The translations under genes were made by a program, and so were the position numbers. 64,000 nucleotides of DNA from Bugula neritina (lineage: Eukaryota > Animalia > Bryozoa), in NCBI GenBank assembly GCA_964035545.1, contig OZ037767.1:8194581-8258580 (forward strand), written 5' to 3'. The notes beneath the pieces were generated by a model. The model had not been told where the DNA came from. It did not search any database and saw only the letters and a program-made list of their open reading frames with translations. Shown piece after piece: positions 45,501 through 58,500 of this stretch (within the stretch, counting starts at the first letter, position 1; each line of letters begins with the position of its first letter).

Positions 45501-45887
45501 TTTACAGAGCTGGAAAGATTTGTTAAGCTCCTTGCTGATCTATTTAAGAAAGCTCATTAATTCACAAACACCATCCAATTCAAATGAAAACACTCACTGT
45601 TTTTATATTTTACTTTATACTTGTTAATATAGTAGCATTGTAGTTATTAGTAAATTGTAAAAGTAGTGTGGGGGGATACCTAACAAGATTGAAATTACAT
45701 GACTTTTATTGTGTGCTATGTTAGTCTTATGAATACATACAAAACCACCACTCCATATAGGGGACACTCTGTGAGCCATCCATACATCTGCAGTGAGAGA
45801 TGAGGCTATACCCAGACATATGCTGAGTACAGCTGTAATACCATGACAGGCTGACAGGATGTACACTGGCACCAGTATCTTCCACAT
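42536..45887 (-). CDS. TMEM196-like (CD20/MS4A-related) four-transmembrane protein
   Basis: Exons 45741-45887, 44917-44973, 44399-44546, 42536-42834. SPIWSGGF-FLLTAASGLICAQKKTVYL-IMVFAAFSAVSMVVGVVNIQLL resembles, from memory, TMEM196 SPVWSGVCFLLCGICGILCAKKK..MILFSAC..GILNFQFL. Four hydrophobic segments. Probable UTR donor at ~46456. Confidence 0.8.
42943..43147 (-). mobile_element. tRNA-derived SINE copy
   Basis: The reverse complement aligns end-to-end with 54127-54335 (GGGAGCA.CC.TGGTTTA.GGG.TAGAG.G.TAGCTT ... GGAAGAGCATCCAGTCATAATT ... GGTTTCTCACAGGGATAGTGACT). Confidence 0.85.
45275..45468. repeat. (ATATT)n microsatellite, ~38 units
   Basis: Read directly; explains the spurious YYIIL ORF. 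Confidence 0.97.
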
Positions 45888-48766
45888 CACTCACTCCTCA
45901 CCAGTCCACCTGCTGTTAACTCTACATAATATATCAACCACCTAACAACACTACAGTTAGCACAGTTACAGTATAGTACTTATAAGGATATGTACAGTAC
46001 TTACCCATGTATGACATACAGTAGGCCTACATATATGGCATATATACAGTACTTATATAGTATCACTAGTACTTATATGCAGTTACATGCAGTATTTATA
46101 CAACACATAATATATATGGCATTAACATAATATTATTATATAGGCTACATGGTACTAATATTGAAAATGTATAATACTTAAATAATTATATGTGTAAAGC
46201 ATATTATATTGTAGTACTTATGCAGTCATCTATAATGTAATAGCTAACACAGTACATATACAATACTAATATAGGATAAATATATAAACATATATAGTAG
46301 GCCTAATTTTACAAGACATATGCATGTAATGGTCAATATTCAGCTTTCTATACATCAAAATTGTTCTCATTACTAAATATAGATGAAACTAATGCATATG
46401 TCTGGCATAGTATGCTGTACAAAATAGCAGAAAAAATGACAAGTTTATTTCACTTACCCTGGCAGCTCCTTAATGTTGACTTTAAGGTATTACGACTATA
46501 ACTGACTGCAGATATAATGTCTATTTTCTCATCACTGCAATATATTTACCAGAGTTGATATCAATATGCCTAAAACACACAACCTTTGTTTACTCAACAC
46601 TGAGTAGAGCGTAATTGAAGCTGGCAATTCATGTAACTCGCTAAATAACAGTTATAAAGAAACTACAAATAGTTCATGTGAGAAAAAAACGCGGCTCTTT
46701 CAGTGCATAAAGAATCAGCTGCAGCCATCACCTGTATAGCCCATGCAGCTTGTACGCAATGGTAGAGTTTGGAATGTGATTGAAGGATTAATTCTGAAAT
46801 ATTGGCAAATAATTATATAGTCATGTATAAGTACCTTAATTGCTTTAACTCCATTAGAGCCCTGCTACTATTGTGTGTATGCTAAGACTATTAAACCATT
46901 ACACAAGTACCAACACTCTGTGTATTGACTATGCATTAGAGTGAAAGACAATACTGCAAGCTCAATAAATATCATAAGTAGATAAAATAGAGTATGTGTG
47001 GTTGCAGCATTATTTAAGAAGTTGTCTTCTATATAACACTACTCCATCTATTTTATAATAAAAAGCTGATATCAAATTATATGCTTGCATAACATGCTGT
47101 AATTTATATAATGGCAAGATATTTATCTTTTATGATGATTTTAATTTCATAAGTCTTTAAACGCTTTTAAAAACGTATCACCTACAAAGTTTACATAATA
47201 TTATAAACATGCTGTATACATTTTACACTCCCTATACTATATAATATACTATATTAATATGATACAAAGCTGCACTCATTGTAGGCTCTGCATATTATGC
47301 ACATAATAATGCATACTATAATACACATTATAATACACACTATAATACACAATGTACACACTGAATACACTGCACACTTTACACAATACCATGAGCTCTC
47401 AACATTGTTGCAGTTAATAATTATTTTCCTAAGGTCACTTGCATGTGAAAGAACAGATCACCACAGACTTTTATGTCATCTATACACTATAATATTGAGT
47501 TAGAGTAGAAATAATAATAATGTGGTGTAATTACTTTCGGCAATACTTTTGAGTTTCAGTATTTCTTATTGGAAGTGAACATAAAATTAGCAAATAAACA
47601 GCTTTGTGTATTGCTAGCTGTTTTAGTAAACTATACATTTTTATCAAACACCAAGAAAAATAATTTTGCAGGCAAATCATAATAAGGAAAAATAGATAAA
47701 ATAATTTAAGCCAAAGTATATGAATACCTAAAACTGGTTTAAGTTTGTTTGAAATGCAGGCAAAAATCATCACATCCATTTTCAAAGCCTCAAAAGAAAT
47801 AGAGATGCAGAAAAAAGCTAGAAATGCAAGTTTTAAAAAGAGAAGATAATTTCTTATATTGAACCTAACTAGTCTAAGGTGTGTCTAAAGTGATTTATTT
47901 TCATAATTTAGTATGAAGTATAAAAATAATTATAGATCATATAGCTAGTAGAACGTGTTATGTGACATTGCTTAGTGCACCGTATTTCAAAGCATAGCTA
48001 ATCAGCCCAAGTCATTTTCACATGCTTTATATTTTGTAAAAGCCACTGTGAAATTTTGGTCCATGTATTTGTTATTCCTAAAGCTACCAAGATTTTCTAT
48101 TCTATTGCTAATATAAGTTGGATAAATGTTTTTGTTGTAGTGTAGGAGGCAACTGCCCTGTATATTTTGTCCTTTTGCCTTCTGAATCAGCCTAGTGTAT
48201 ATTTAATATTGAAAGTTTTAGCTATGAATATGTTGATCATTTGGTGTGCATGTCTGACATAACGGTGCTTCATAAAGAAACAAGCAGACTTGCATTGACC
48301 ACATTCTATTATTTATAAGATTTGTCTTGTGCATACAAAAAATGATTAGCTTTTTATTGTTTTGCCTTTTTTCTAATGCTTTTGTTTAAATTCATTAGGC
48401 TTGTCCTTGATTTGTTGGTTTTGCATGAAAAATCTATGTTACATGATGAACAAACAGTTGCTTTACTTCATACCAATTTTATTATTGAACAAAATTGCTT
48501 CTTATAATAATAAGTTTATAACCCTAATAAATAGATGCAGTGCAATTAAAATCAAAATGATAAACATTTGCATACTAGTTAGATTGTAATTATAAAGTTA
48601 TTTTATAGAATTCAATGAAAGAGTTTAGTTTTCCCAGCACATCGTACACAGTTGTTCCATTTCCTAGAGCTCCGGTGGCGACTATAGAATCTCTGCTTCA
48701 TCAGCTGTGAGCCATAAAACTTAAATTAATACATATTATTCAGTATTTCTGAAAATTTTGAAAAAT

Positions 48767-48843
48767 GTGTGTGCACGTGCTTGTGCTTGTGCTCGTGTGT
48801 GTGTGCTTGCGTGTTCTCGCGCGGTGCTTGTGCGTGTGTGTGT
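48767..48843. repeat. Degenerate GT/GC-rich microsatellite
   Basis: GTGTGTGCACGTGCTTGTGCTTGTGCTCGTGTGTGTG... Confidence 0.8.
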
Positions 48844-49548
48844 TTCAAAATTATATGTTCTATTTTGTTGACTTATACATTTGTGCAAATTTGTGTCAAT
48901 TCTGATACAAACAAATTGTTATATAATCGGAGATAGATAAAATTTTTTACCCAAATTTGCAAATAAAGCTTTTCTCTATGCACACGAGCAGAGTAAAGAA
49001 ATATAGCATACTGCAATTATTTCACTAATCACCCAGAGTTATGAATTAGCACCAGCTGGTTCTCAAAAGGTTTAATTAATATTCCCTACAGATCCGTATT
49101 TAAGTATTTGTTTAAATATTTGCAACTTTGTAATGCAACATAAAACCTTTATTATTTTCAAAAAAAATGAGAGTTCACTTTCAACATATTAATACAGTTT
49201 TGTTCTTAAATATTAATAAACATGGAATAAATAATGTAATGCATGAACAATGTATATAAGACAAAATAATTCAAAGAAAGCGGGCAGTGAAATATCAAAT
49301 GCCAAAAAATAGAGCTGTAAACTAAAATAAATTGTTCTCATATCAGCTGGTGGAACACTGACTTTATGCAATCAGTGCAAAAGAACATTGATGAGGATCA
49401 CAGAATTTTAATCTTAACTCAAATAAAACAAAAAAGTTATCAATAATATTTCTTAGTAACTAATAACATATTGTCACTCTTTGGTTTCATCATGATATTA
49501 TTCTAACAGCAAACATAAATATTTACTGGTCACAGCTTCCTAACATAA

Positions 49549-52500
49549 CTAATGTTTTGGTATCTGGCTACTAGTAAGAAGCAGAGAAACTAATGCCAGC
49601 AAGGACATAGCTACAGAGGATGGTGTCTAGAAAATAATTTAATCTGCACATTTTATATACATTGCTGTAAGATACGTCTAGATGTGATGTAATGTGGTAC
49701 CACTGAATTACTGAGTTATATGGTGATCAACGGCTGCATTCAGTACATACACTGGTAAAGTTCATAAGCATTTATCTAGAAACAATGAGACAAGAAAGAA
49801 GTTGGAGATGGTTAAAACAAGGCATGGTTTCATAATATGTGTCTACATTCCACATTGCAATAGGTTTCCCAGATATCATAAATTAGCTATGGGACTGCCG
49901 ATCTCTCTACAACATAATTAAAAAATGTGAGTTAGTGCACGCATAGTAGAGGCAAAATATTTTGTCATAAGTTATCTAAAAGAATTATATAAGATTATTA
50001 CATGATATTTGAGAAAACATAGTCAATAGTCAATTAGTTATAGCATAGTGATAGCTGATAGCATACCAAAACTATAATTATTGGAAACGCTTTTTATTGG
50101 AAATTTTAATCAAGTGCAATAAAATTATTAAAAAATTAGCTTGCTGATACTTTCATTCTACAAGTAAAAATATATACGGAACAGCACAACATAATTATTA
50201 AAAATTTATATACTTATTGCATTTAAGAAATTTTCAAAGCTATTTATTAGAGTTGAAGAAAGATGCAAGCATACCCGAGGTATGAAACGACGTCTGTCGT
50301 ATCGCCTAAACTCCCGAATATGTCGTTGGTTCCTCCTAATCTCATCTGTCAAACATAAAACGTGGATTAATTTAATATTGCTTAGCTACTTGACAGAACT
50401 CAGTTTAAAGCTTTGAACAGCAAAAACAGTTTTAATACTAAAAAAATCAACTTGCAAGTTAATAAATTCTTTCAAAAGTACATTCACATATACATGAGAT
50501 TGGTCACAAGTAGATTAATAAATGCAAATATAAAATTTTAAAAAAATCTCTATATTCTAGCCATATGTTCGAAGATCACAAGTACAATTATTCAGCCAAT
50601 GCATCTATTAATAGAACTGATGATAAACTTACTATATCTTCGGTCCAGTTCACGCTCAAAGTTGGCTTCCCAACGGTCTGCCCAGGGCATAACTATATAC
50701 CTGCAGACAACTATAGTAAATATTGCACTGAATGCGTAAATGAAGTATTCAGGGTTGTTTTCTACGTATTGTTTCATATCCTGTATCTTGTCTGACAGTG
50801 CTGAAAAAATAAACAAATTCTCATAATGATAGACTATGATGCAATAATATACACAAGTAAATAAATACATATGTTATCATATAATGATATACCATAATGT
50901 TAATATACCATCCTGTATGTATTTGTATAACATTGCTTAATTGTATGCTGTTACTTAATGATGAACTATATCATTCTTATATAGTGTACCATATTATAAT
51001 GATATACATTGCATTGTTATATACATTATTATTACATAATTTTATGCTGCTGCCTAAAAGTTCATTGTAATAAAATTTTTACATATATTGGCTTTTCGTA
51101 GGAAATCTGTGCAATTCTTAGTAAATATAATTATATTGTAAAATGCAACAGACAATAATTTTTACAATTTAAAAATTTTAAAAAATTTAGCAAGAAAAAC
51201 TTAACAAAACTGAAGGTATTTTATGCGAAAGTTGGTTTTTAAGCAATTTTGAGAGATTGAGATATTTAGCTCGACTTCAAAGTTCAATTCCACATCATTT
51301 TTTAAAAGTTCTATTGGTTGTATTAACTTCTGGTAAATGTTTTTAGCCAAGTTTAAGGACGCATTGCATTGATATTTAATATTAATTTTAGAGTAGTTGA
51401 ATGCCAAAATGAAAAAAGATGAAGAAATAATAAAAAATTTCAGCCTTCAACCAAAGTTCACAATGAGAAATATTTCTGTAAAACTGTTTTAACATTTTGC
51501 TAAGCTCTTTTGTTTTTACTGCACTTTCAATTTAAGCAAATTTGCAGAAAAAAATCTTATTCACAGATGAGCTTTTTAAAAAATTAGGCCAGCTATCGTT
51601 TCTTTCTAAAACATATTTTGTGTGGTCGAAAACAAATCAGGGATAACCAAAGTCTGCCACATGAGAGAAGCACCCGACAGTTACATGTTTTTATAAAACA
51701 CGTTAAGTAATTAGTTTAAGCAGATAAAAAGCTAAAATTGTATTAAGATGGCATTGTGCTTAATGTTCTGAGATATCATTGATTGAAAAGGAAGCCTATT
51801 GATAAGATATAAAATTTATGAATGTGCAGCACTGAAACCCTAACAATTTATACTCCTAGCATCTAAATTTTAATCCTATATGATGCATATTAAGTGAAGT
51901 GACCACAGCTAAGCAGAAGTAAATTTTTAGCAAACAATCTTAATTAAACCTAAACAAATGTATTATATTTTAAGTTTGCTATACTAAGTATTGTCAGAAT
52001 GCTCTATTCTAAAATTAGAAAAAAATCACTATATAGCTCTTTTTAAATAGTTTACAATTATTATAAACAAAAACACAATACTTTCAGGAGAATATATTTA
52101 TGCCTTTACTTTCTGGGGGCAACTCATAAAAATCCACATCTATTTATGTAAGTATTTTAAAATTATTGCAATTTTGTTGAAACAGTAAGCGTTTCAAACT
52201 GTATAAATTTTATTATTTTAGAATAAAACAAGTCCCTTACTTTGATTTTGCAAGCATACCCCATTTTCTGGATCAATTCTCATATACATCTCCTTTGCAC
52301 AAACACAAGACCTGTTAGTACCAAATATATTGCTGATTCCTTCCCTGCACTCAAGCCGTGCATCCAACTTCATACAGTTGAAGTTCTGCAAACACGGGGC
52401 TGAAAAAAAATGCAGACTATAAAATTATCAGAAGGTTTTGTTAGCAAACAAGTACTAGCTAGTATGAAGAAGTTGATCATACTTAGCAATCTCTGAAATA

Positions 52501-55500
52501 ACCTAACTAAAACTGACACCCCTAAGTGTGACATTTTTGTGCACACAATTGCTAATAAGATGTAGGTAATGCCAAATTAGAAAATCAAACTATATCAGAC
52601 TATACTATTATACAAATATTTTATTTTGATTTTACACATGATAGGCAGACCTTTGTTTGTGTACAGTAAACAATTACATACATCTGTATAATTGACTATG
52701 CACTATTACTTTATATTTTTATATAAAATATTTGCTTGCATATTAAATAAAACAAGCCCAAAAAAACCATCGAAGTTCATATTTTATTGTTGCAAAATAT
52801 TTTCAGAATAAACATGTATATCATAAAAAAAAGCCCAGTAACATCATACCTCTAGTTCTAGTGCAGACGCCCTTATATAGTATATAGTCATAATCACAAG
52901 CACAGTAATTATGACTATTGCAGAATGTGTGGGGAAGGTCGCATGGTTTACCTTCCTTACATTTAGTACGTCTACCTCCAAACATTAGTAAGTCTGCTAT
53001 GTAGATCCCTGACAAATAGGAATCCAACAAGTTAGCCAATTCACTCAACTTTTAAGCTGATGATTTTTGGTACAAAAATAGCTAAAAGTAACTCAGATTT
53101 TTATGCATAAGAAAGTAAATATGTGAAATTATACATAATAAACAGTGCTATTACTGTTACAGTAGGCATATATGTTTACCATATGCATAAACTTGAAATA
53201 TTGCCTTTAGGTAATTTACAAGCCAAAAATATATTGAAAAAAATACTTTGATAGTTGATCCTAGACTGAAATCTAACTGCACAGATAACAATTGATCAAC
53301 TAAACCATATGAAATCAATTAGATTAAAAAGTTATCTCGTACAACATTTTTTTTCAGGTGGAAGCGAGTCTAGCAGATCTGGTTATGCATTATAATCAGA
53401 TCTGTTAAAATTAGGCTATTAAGGAACATTCTAGAATAAATAAAGTTTTGTTATTGGTAAACAATAAAGCTGCTAAGTAGCCCTAATGTTAATTAAATAA
53501 TAGAATATGGAACCCTTACCCATGCAGCTAGCAAATGGCACAGGATATTCTGAGCAGTGCGACGGGTCACAATCATCAATCTTTTCACAGACTGTTTCAA
53601 AGCTTAAAAACAAACAAAATCCAATGTGTTCTATAATATTAAAAGATATGCTGGAAAACTTGTAAGCAATATAAATTACACTCGTATCATGATAGAAGCT
53701 GTAATGTATACCTATATATGGTGCATAAACTGAGACGATAATATTCAGAATAGAAGATGAATTTTAAGAAACAAAAACAATATAGGATTTTATTTTATGT
53801 TACGCTAATATATATACATTCGACAACATTTAACATTTATACATGAAAATAACATAATTTAGTTCAACAATCCTTCAATTGCCTTTTGTAAAATAAATTG
53901 TAGGCCCACATGACAGAAAGGCACAAATGCTATATATGTAGTAACAAACAAAATCTGCTGTAATATTACATCACGCAGTTAGTTCTAAAAATTACATCTA
54001 TCTTTTTGCTTATTTATCAGATGCTCTACTGCCACAAAATAATTATACATCTGCGAGTCATATAGCAAACCAACACCGATGGGATAAATACCTCGTTTAT
54101 TTATAGAATGTAAGATGTCAATTATAGGGAGCAGCCGTGGTTTAGGGGTTAGAGCGTTAGCTTAGGAAACACGAAGGTCATGGGTTCGAGCCCAGACAAA
54201 GGCCATTGGTGATGTTAGGAAGAGCATCCAGTCATAATTGCTCCTGTGCCTCATTTAAATAAGTCCTTAGCCTGCTTTAACAAAAACCCTTTCTATCAGG
54301 GGTTTCTCACAGGGATAGTGACTGTAAACTTGTGTGAGTAAAATGCCAATTATAAGATATTGGGATGGTTGAAATCGAAGCCTATCTAAACTGAATAAAT
54401 TATGGTTTTCACGCTAAATTATTCAAAATAAATATCTGGTAAGTTTTTATTTACTCACTCTGCTGTAGCTTGTTCAAAAAGGTCATACTTGTTTTTTGCA
54501 TTAAATTTTAATTTGAACTCATAGTAACTAAACTCCTCCTACAAAATTTGTCAAAATTTTTAACAGAAATAAAGAAATAGAAATTAGAAACTCAAAACTT
54601 GAAAGTTCACACTCTAAAACAAGTTCAATTCCTAAAACAAAATATTTTGATACAGAACCATAATTTAAAATTACTATGTAGAAAGCAGACGCCATGTTGT
54701 ATATAAATATTTATAATGAATAATGATGTCATATAAGTTTAAATAAATGTTGAAGTTTTTAAGCTTCCATAGAATTTCCAAAGAATTAAAAACAGTACTA
54801 TTACAGCCAAAGCAAATGTACATATACAAAAACATATATTATTATTTTGTCCTAAAAATAATATGAACAAATTAAAAAATGCAGCTTCCCTTGTATGAAA
54901 TGCTTAAGCCCTAAAGTTATCACCAAACTAAGTTAAAGTCTGTAAAAGTTATGATATTTTCTGCAATGAATATTCAATCAGACCTATGAGCTCAACAGTT
55001 TAAAATGAAAGCCATCAATTGCAGTGAAATCTGAAACACATGAATATTTAGATAACCAAACAACTTGATTTAGAAAGGTAGCTAATGGTAGCTAATGGTA
55101 GCTAAAGGTAGCTAATGGTAGATAAAGTTAGATAAAGCTACCTAGCTAAAGGTAGCTAAAAATAGATAAAAGTAGTTAAAGGTAGCTCAAGGTAGCTAAA
55201 GGTAGCTAAAAGTAAATAAAGGTACCTAGCTAAAGGTAGCTAAAGATAAATAAAGGTTTTAGCTGAAGGTAGCTAAATTCCCCAATATTATTTACCCCTG
55301 TATCAGCTATCAGGGCTGTGCAGTACATGTATACAGTACATTGTTTAAAATGTTCCTAAATTAAATTAATTCAGCTAAACAATACTAATGACTTTGTTAA
55401 ATTAATTTTTACATAAAGTTATATAAAGTTTATTAAATGAAACTTCTTAAACAACTATAAAAGTGGAGAAAAAAAATTTTTTTCTTAGAACTGCTTAATA

Positions 55501-58500
55501 AAGTTTCTAATATCTAACGTTTGCAAATTATATGTCACAAACAGTAATCCTCAATTAAGATAATATATCTTATCATTTATCAGCTACTTACACTTTTTAG
55601 CCAATGATCTACTTCGGGAGTGTCCATTGGATGATATAGAGAGTAATATTCTAAAATAAAAAATATTATTTTATAAGAATTTTTATACATACGGTATTTA
55701 AAATATTAGGACAATGTTACATTATGTTTATAAAACAACTATATAATCACTATACCCGTGTTTGAGCATTTTGTAATATTCAAGTAAAAACTGTATTAAA
55801 TATTTGACTAATTATGAACCAATAACTCTATTTGCCGTCAAAACATTAAAGATAATAAAAAACTAGTGCAAAGCCAGCAAAACCAAGCATCCCAATTAAT
55901 TATTTTTGGCCACTGTCGACAGGTAAAGTTGAAACATGAAAATTGTTCTTGATGAAAATGTCGATCATGATGTAATTCAGATAAATTGAAATAATTTTAA
56001 TGTCAAACTTTTTCAATCAAACTTTTCTTTTTTTGTGATAAAAAATAATTGAAAAGGCATTTTTTGTTTGATATGCACTACAAATAGGAACTACACTCTC
56101 CAATTAGAAATGATTGCTTAAACTTTAAAAAATCGGATATGAAATATACCCAAAAAGTATGTGAATTTTAAAGGAAGTTGATGCTGTGAAAACATGCTAT
56201 CAATTATTAATTTAAAAAAAGTTCTCTTTTGTTTAGTTATGATCTTTAGAAAAACACTTGATAGTACGAAGGCTTTTGAAAATTCTACTGTCAGAAAAAC
56301 TTTAAGCATTATAAGAAACATAACTATAACAACCTGGATGCTAAAATAAACTATGACCGTACACATTCTTTGGCAACCCCCAAAACTTGTCTGAAGGTTC
56401 AACTGCTAGCAAAGAACATCTATGTTATGATTAGTTATCAATCTAGTTACGTAATAGGCGTCGTAATACACTGTTTTCATTTGCTTATATGTTCCCTTCC
56501 AAATTACATAACTAAAAATACTTCACATGAGACCTTACCAGGAAGGATAGGATACTCTTCATTAGACCATTTATATGTGCTCTCCCCGGGATTGTCCATA
56601 AAGTTATAAGTAGGAGGCACTGTGCTAGTTGTTTCAAAGCTGCTGGTGATAGTTGGAGTATAGGTAAGTGTGCTTTCAATTTCTGCATTGCTAGTGGTAC
56701 TCTGAGAGGAGGTGTGTGTCTTAGCAGTTTCAGTATTGCTAGTGGTGGATAGAGTTAAATTTGGTGTATTTTCAATTTCTGTGTTGCTGGTGGTTATTTG
56801 AGAGGAGCTACGCTGACCAGTAGTTTCCATACTACTTGTGCTAGATGAAGTAGAAGTTTCTATGTTGCTGATGGTAGACAGAGTTTCTGTAACTGTTTTA
56901 CCAGCTTCAGTATTGCTGATGGTGGACGGAGTTTCAGTAACTGTTTTACCAGCTTCAGTATTGCTGATGGTGGACAGAGTTTCGTTAAGAGTGTTGGCAG
57001 CTTCAGTACTGCTGATGGTGGACGGAGTCTTAGTAAGCGTGTTGGCAGTTTCACTATTGCTGATGGTGGACGGAGTTCCAGTAAGAGTGTTGGTAGCTTC
57101 AGTATTGCTGATGGTGGACAAAGTTTTAGTAAGTGTGTTGGCAGTTTCACTATTGCTGATGATGGACAGAGTTTTAGTAAGAGTGTTGGTAGCTTTTGTA
57201 TTGCTGATGGTGGATGGAGTTTCAGTAAATGTGTTGGCAGCTTCAGTGTTGCTGATGGTGGACAGAGTTTTAGTAGGTGTGTTAGCAGTTTCAGTATTGC
57301 TGATGGTGGACAGAGTTTCAGTAAGAGTGTTGGCAGCTTCAGTATTGCTGATGATGGACAGAGTCTTAGTAAGCGTGTTGGCAGTTTCACTATTGCTGAT
57401 GGTGGACGGAGTTTCAGTAACTGTTTTACCAGCTTCAGTATTGCTGATGGTGGACAGAGTTTTAGTATGAGTGTTGGCAGTTTCAGTATTGCTGATGGTG
57501 GGTGGAGTTTTAGTAAGTGTTTTGGTAGCTTCAGTATTGCTGATGGTGGACGGAGTTTTAGTAAGTGTGTTAGCAGCTTCACTATTGCTGATGGTGGACA
57601 GAGTTTTAGTAAGAGTGTTGGTAGCTTCTGTATTGCTGATGATGGACAGAGTTTTAGTAAGTGTTTTGGTAGCTTCAGTATTGCTGATGGTGGACGGAGT
57701 TTTAGTAAGTGTGTTGGCAGCTTGCGTATTGCTGATAGTGGACAGAGTTTCAGTAACTGTTTTACCAGCTTCAGTATTGCTGATGGTGGACAGAGTTTCA
57801 GTAAGTGTGTTAGCAGTTTCACTATTGCTGGTGGTAGACAGAGTTTTAATAAGTGTGTTGGCAGTTTCACTATTGCTGATGGTGGATAGAGTTTTAGTAG
57901 GTGTGTTAGCAGTTTCACTGTTGCTGATGGTGGAGGGAGTTTCAGTAACTGTTTTACCAGCTTCAGTATTGCTGATGGTGGACAGAGTTTTAGTAAGTGT
58001 GTTAGCAGTTTCAGTATTGCTGATGGTGGACAGAGTCTTAGTAAGCGTGTTGGCAGTTTCACTATTGCTGATGGTGGACGGAGTTTCAGTAACTGTTTTA
58101 CCAGCTTCAGTATTGCTGATGGTGGGCAGAGTTTCGTTAAGAGTGTTAGCAGTTTCAGTATTGCTGATGGTGGACAGAGTCTTAGTAAGCGTGTTGGCAG
58201 TTTCACTATTGCTGATGGTGGACGGAGTTTCAGTAAGAGTGTTGGTAGCTTCCGTATTGCTGATGGTGGACAGAGTTTTAGTAAGTGTGTTGGCAGTTTC
58301 ACTATTGCTGATGATGGACAGAGTTTTAGTAAGAGTGTTGGTAGCTTCTGCATTGCTGATGGTGGATGGAGTCTTAGTAAGCGTGTTGGCAGTTTCACTA
58401 TTGCTGATGGTGGACGGAGTTCCAGTAAGAGTGTTGGTAGCTTCAGTATTGCTGATGGTGGACAAAGTTTTAGTAAGTGTGTTGGCAGTTTCACTATTGC

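Noticed and set aside
45272-45627. YYIIL-repeat ORFs
   Set aside because: Translation of an (ATATT)n microsatellite.
54127-54200. tRNA gene
   Set aside because: Has A/B boxes but no convincing acceptor stem, and continues into a body shared with other dispersed copies, so it is a SINE head.
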